A stretch of 41,155 nucleotides of DNA from NCBI GenBank assembly GCA_049287205.1, contig JBAQFJ010000001.1:1-41155 (forward strand), written 5' to 3'. Shown here piece by piece: positions 39,812 through 41,155 of this stretch. Under the pieces are notes generated by a model. That model ran no database searches and was not told the DNA's origin. It was given only the letters and a program-made list of their open reading frames with translations. Both the position numbers and the translations under genes were made by a program. Origin of the DNA: Microgenomates group bacterium. Lineage in GTDB: Bacteria; Patescibacteriota; Microgenomatia; UBA10105; UBA927. Positions within the stretch are counted from its first letter, which is position 1. Each line of letters begins with the position of its first letter.

Positions 39812-39970
39812 TTATTTTCCAACGTATGTTCGGCCGCCCGGCAGAATGACGGTTGGTTGCATGTCAGCGGTTGTCATATATTGATTGATGATAAGAAGGA
39901 GAAGAATAATGACAATGCCACCAAGAAACAGTTGGTAGAGTGGAGATATTGAAGTATTATTGTGTTTCAT
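39812..39970 (-). CDS. Small (52-aa) single-pass membrane peptide, first gene of the operon (hypothetical)
   Basis: ATG 39970 gives MKHNNTSISPLYQLFLGGIVIILLLLIINQYMTTADMQPTVILPGGRTYVGK, which has one clear TM helix. Its TAA stop (39812-39814) lies 1 nt before the next ATG, in the same TAATATG junction seen elsewhere in the operon. Confidence 0.5.
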   Translation of the reverse strand: MKHNNTSISPLYQLFLGGIVIILLLLIINQYMTTADMQPTVILPGGRTYVGK

Positions 39971-40053
39971 GTGGTCGTACAGTAGCAATTTTTGTGTACT
40001 CTTGCAAGAGTGGTTGTTTTGATGCAAACGAGTTATGTACAATAAGAACACGT
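39971..40053. promoter_or_regulatory. Divergent intergenic region (83 bp) between the minus-strand operon and the + strand membrane-protein gene; likely holds both promoters
   Basis: This is the only non-coding DNA between divergent starts. It contains the palindrome CTTGCAAG (40001-40008), which carries a TTGCAA -35-like hexamer on both strands. It also contains TACAAT (40038-40043; 5/6 to TATAAT) only 10 nt before ATG 40054, which would imply a very short or absent leader. No convincing -35/-10 pair with canonical spacing is present. Confidence 0.3.
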
Positions 40054-41155
40054 ATGAAGAAATGGATGCTTGGTGTATTGTGTGTGGTATTCCTTTTGTT
40101 TTCGTTGTATCCCACGATCTATGAATATTCTAGGAAAAGTGATCTTCCAAACAACCGTTCATTTGAACTTGTTCATAATTACATTACTGATTATAATTTT
40201 TATCTTTCAAGAATTAGGGAAGGGTGGGATGGGAGATGGACCGCTGTTGAGCGTTATACGAGTGAACCACACCAAGGATCTCTCATTCAAGAGTTCTATG
40301 TTCTCTTAGGAAGACTGGTTCGTTTTGTGGCAAATCCTGATGTTGCAGTTCCTGCTTCCTATCATGCGTCACGGATTGTGTTTGGATTGTTCACTCTTGT
40401 TGTCATTGCACGCATTGCTTCAGCATTATTTTCTGCTCCATTTTGGGCAGTACTCGCGTTTAGTTTGGCAGTCACGGCAAGCGGCTGGCCGAAATTTGTT
40501 CCGGTCGAAGATTCGATTCGAATTGGCGGATATATGCCATGGTGGACGGTGCTTGATGGGCTGCAACGTATTACATTTTTGCCGCATATCCTCTTAGGAC
40601 AGATGTGTATGATGTATCTCATTGTTGCTGGTGGAACTATCTCAACGCTTGCAAAACACCGTATGTGGAAGTTAGGCAGTGTCGCCTTGCTTCTGGGGCT
40701 CGTATTTCCTCCCGCGCTGGTATTCGTGTTGTTTGTGTATGGGGTGATGATGGCATGGGAATATATGACAAAGAAAAACACGGCTGTCCTATCGTGGATG
40801 AAATCATCTGTACTTCCTCGCGTGCTTATCGGGTGTATTGCATTTCCATCCTTACTCTATTTTTCTTATTTGTTTGGATTCTATCCATGGAAGCGATTGG
40901 TTGAGTTTGATATTTTGCATCCGTTGCCGTTTTCATATGCAGAATATCTGCAAACAATCGGACCAATACTTCTCACCGGCATTATCGGAGCGATATTGGT
41001 TATTAAACAGAAAGCAACGTCGTGGTATCCGATGGTTGCATGGGTGGTTTCTAACTTTGTGTTGATTCTCTTTTTTCACTATGTTCCTTTGCAACATCCG
41101 CTTCGGTTTACCGAGATGGCGGTACACGTACCACTTGGACTTCTTACTGCATATG
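40054..41155 (+). CDS. Polytopic integral membrane protein, 3'-partial (runs off the window); function unknown, possibly another envelope glycosyltransferase-like protein
   Basis: I translated this by hand from ATG 40054: MKKWMLGVLCVVFLLFSLYPTIYEYSRKSDLPNNRSFELVHNYITDYNFYLSRIREGWDGRWTAVERY...IVFGLFTLVVIARIASALF...WAVLAFSLAVTASGW...MCMMYLIVAGG...VALLLGLVFPPALVFVLFVYGVMMAW...VLIGCIAFPSLLYFSYLFGFY...ILLTGIIGAILVI...MVAWVVSNFVLILFFHY.... I found 367 codons with no stop through nt 41155. All ORFs the track lists in this interval are in the other two + frames or antisense. Confidence 0.75.
   Translation, partial: MKKWMLGVLCVVFLLFSLYPTIYEYSRKSDLPNNRSFELVHNYITDYNFYLSRIREGWDGRWTAVERYTSEPHQGSLIQEFYVLLGRLVRFVANPDVAVPASYHASRIVFGLFTLVVIARIASALFSAPFWAVLAFSLAVTASGWPKFVPVEDSIRIGGYMPWWTVLDGLQRITFLPHILLGQMCMMYLIVAGGTISTLAKHRMWKLGSVALLLGLVFPPALVFVLFVYGVMMAWEYMTKKNTAVLSWMKSSVLPRVLIGCIAFPSLLYFSYLFGFYPWKRLVEFDILHPLPFSYAEYLQTIGPILLTGIIGAILVIKQKATSWYPMVAWVVSNFVLILFFHYVPLQHPLRFTEMAVHVPLGLLTAY

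Noticed and set aside
40070-41127. ORFs listed by the track across this interval: four short + strand ORFs (40070-40309, 40325-40597, 40605-40904, 40838-41065) and minus-strand ORFs 40362-40781 and 40933-41127.
   Set aside because: They are out of frame with, or antisense to, the continuous 40054-41155 + frame, which encodes a coherent polytopic membrane protein.
1-41155. tRNA, rRNA or other ncRNA genes, CRISPR arrays, and IS elements, transposases, integrases or prophage genes.
   Set aside because: The non-coding DNA totals only about 215 bp, in gaps of 13, 116 and 83 bp plus 1-2 nt junctions. No direct-repeat/spacer periodicity, terminal inverted repeats, or recombinase or transposase motifs were seen in any long ORF.

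Overview
The window is almost entirely coding. Nt 3-32003 (+) is one uninterrupted reading frame of at least 10,657 codons. It is still open at the 5' window edge, so the gene probably starts upstream. It encodes a giant multidomain protein. In order, I can read these parts directly from motifs: a Cys-rich N-terminal module with a short Gly-X-Thr run, a cluster of weakly hydrophobic Cys-containing helices, a SecA-like two-lobed ATPase, kilobase-scale alpha-helical or coiled-coil spacers, a bacterial PPP-type metallophosphatase, a JAB/MPN (JAMM) metalloprotease, a protein-kinase-like domain flanked by about 100-aa helical repeats, an internal TM segment followed by an LCP (LytR-CpsA-Psr)-like domain and an SGNH/GDSL hydrolase, a ChaN/EreA/TIKI-like domain, a GNAT acetyltransferase, and four C-terminal TM helices. 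A six-gene minus-strand envelope-glycosylation operon (39970 to 32017) converges on its 3' end. That operon encodes a small TM peptide, a GT-C membrane glycosyltransferase fused to an NPCBM carbohydrate-binding domain, a YfhO-like GT-C membrane protein, a membrane-anchored beta-rich protein, a secreted Cys-rich beta-helix/MopE-motif protein, and an O-antigen-ligase (Wzy_C)-like protein with a TPR-like tail. Four of its five junctions are stop-N(1-2)-ATG. A further + strand polytopic membrane protein ORF (40054 to the window end) is missing from the ORF track because it has no stop inside the window. I found no rRNA, tRNA, CRISPR array, transposase or integrase. TGA behaves as a stop (standard code), and start codons mostly lack obvious Shine-Dalgarno sequences. 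The gene content resembles what is commonly seen in Patescibacteria/CPR-like or other ultrasmall episymbiotic bacteria, but taxonomy cannot be established from this window. The main candidate for novelty is the giant protein itself. It joins typically cytoplasmic signalling and processing enzymes to typically extracytoplasmic cell-wall enzymes in one membrane-anchored chain.
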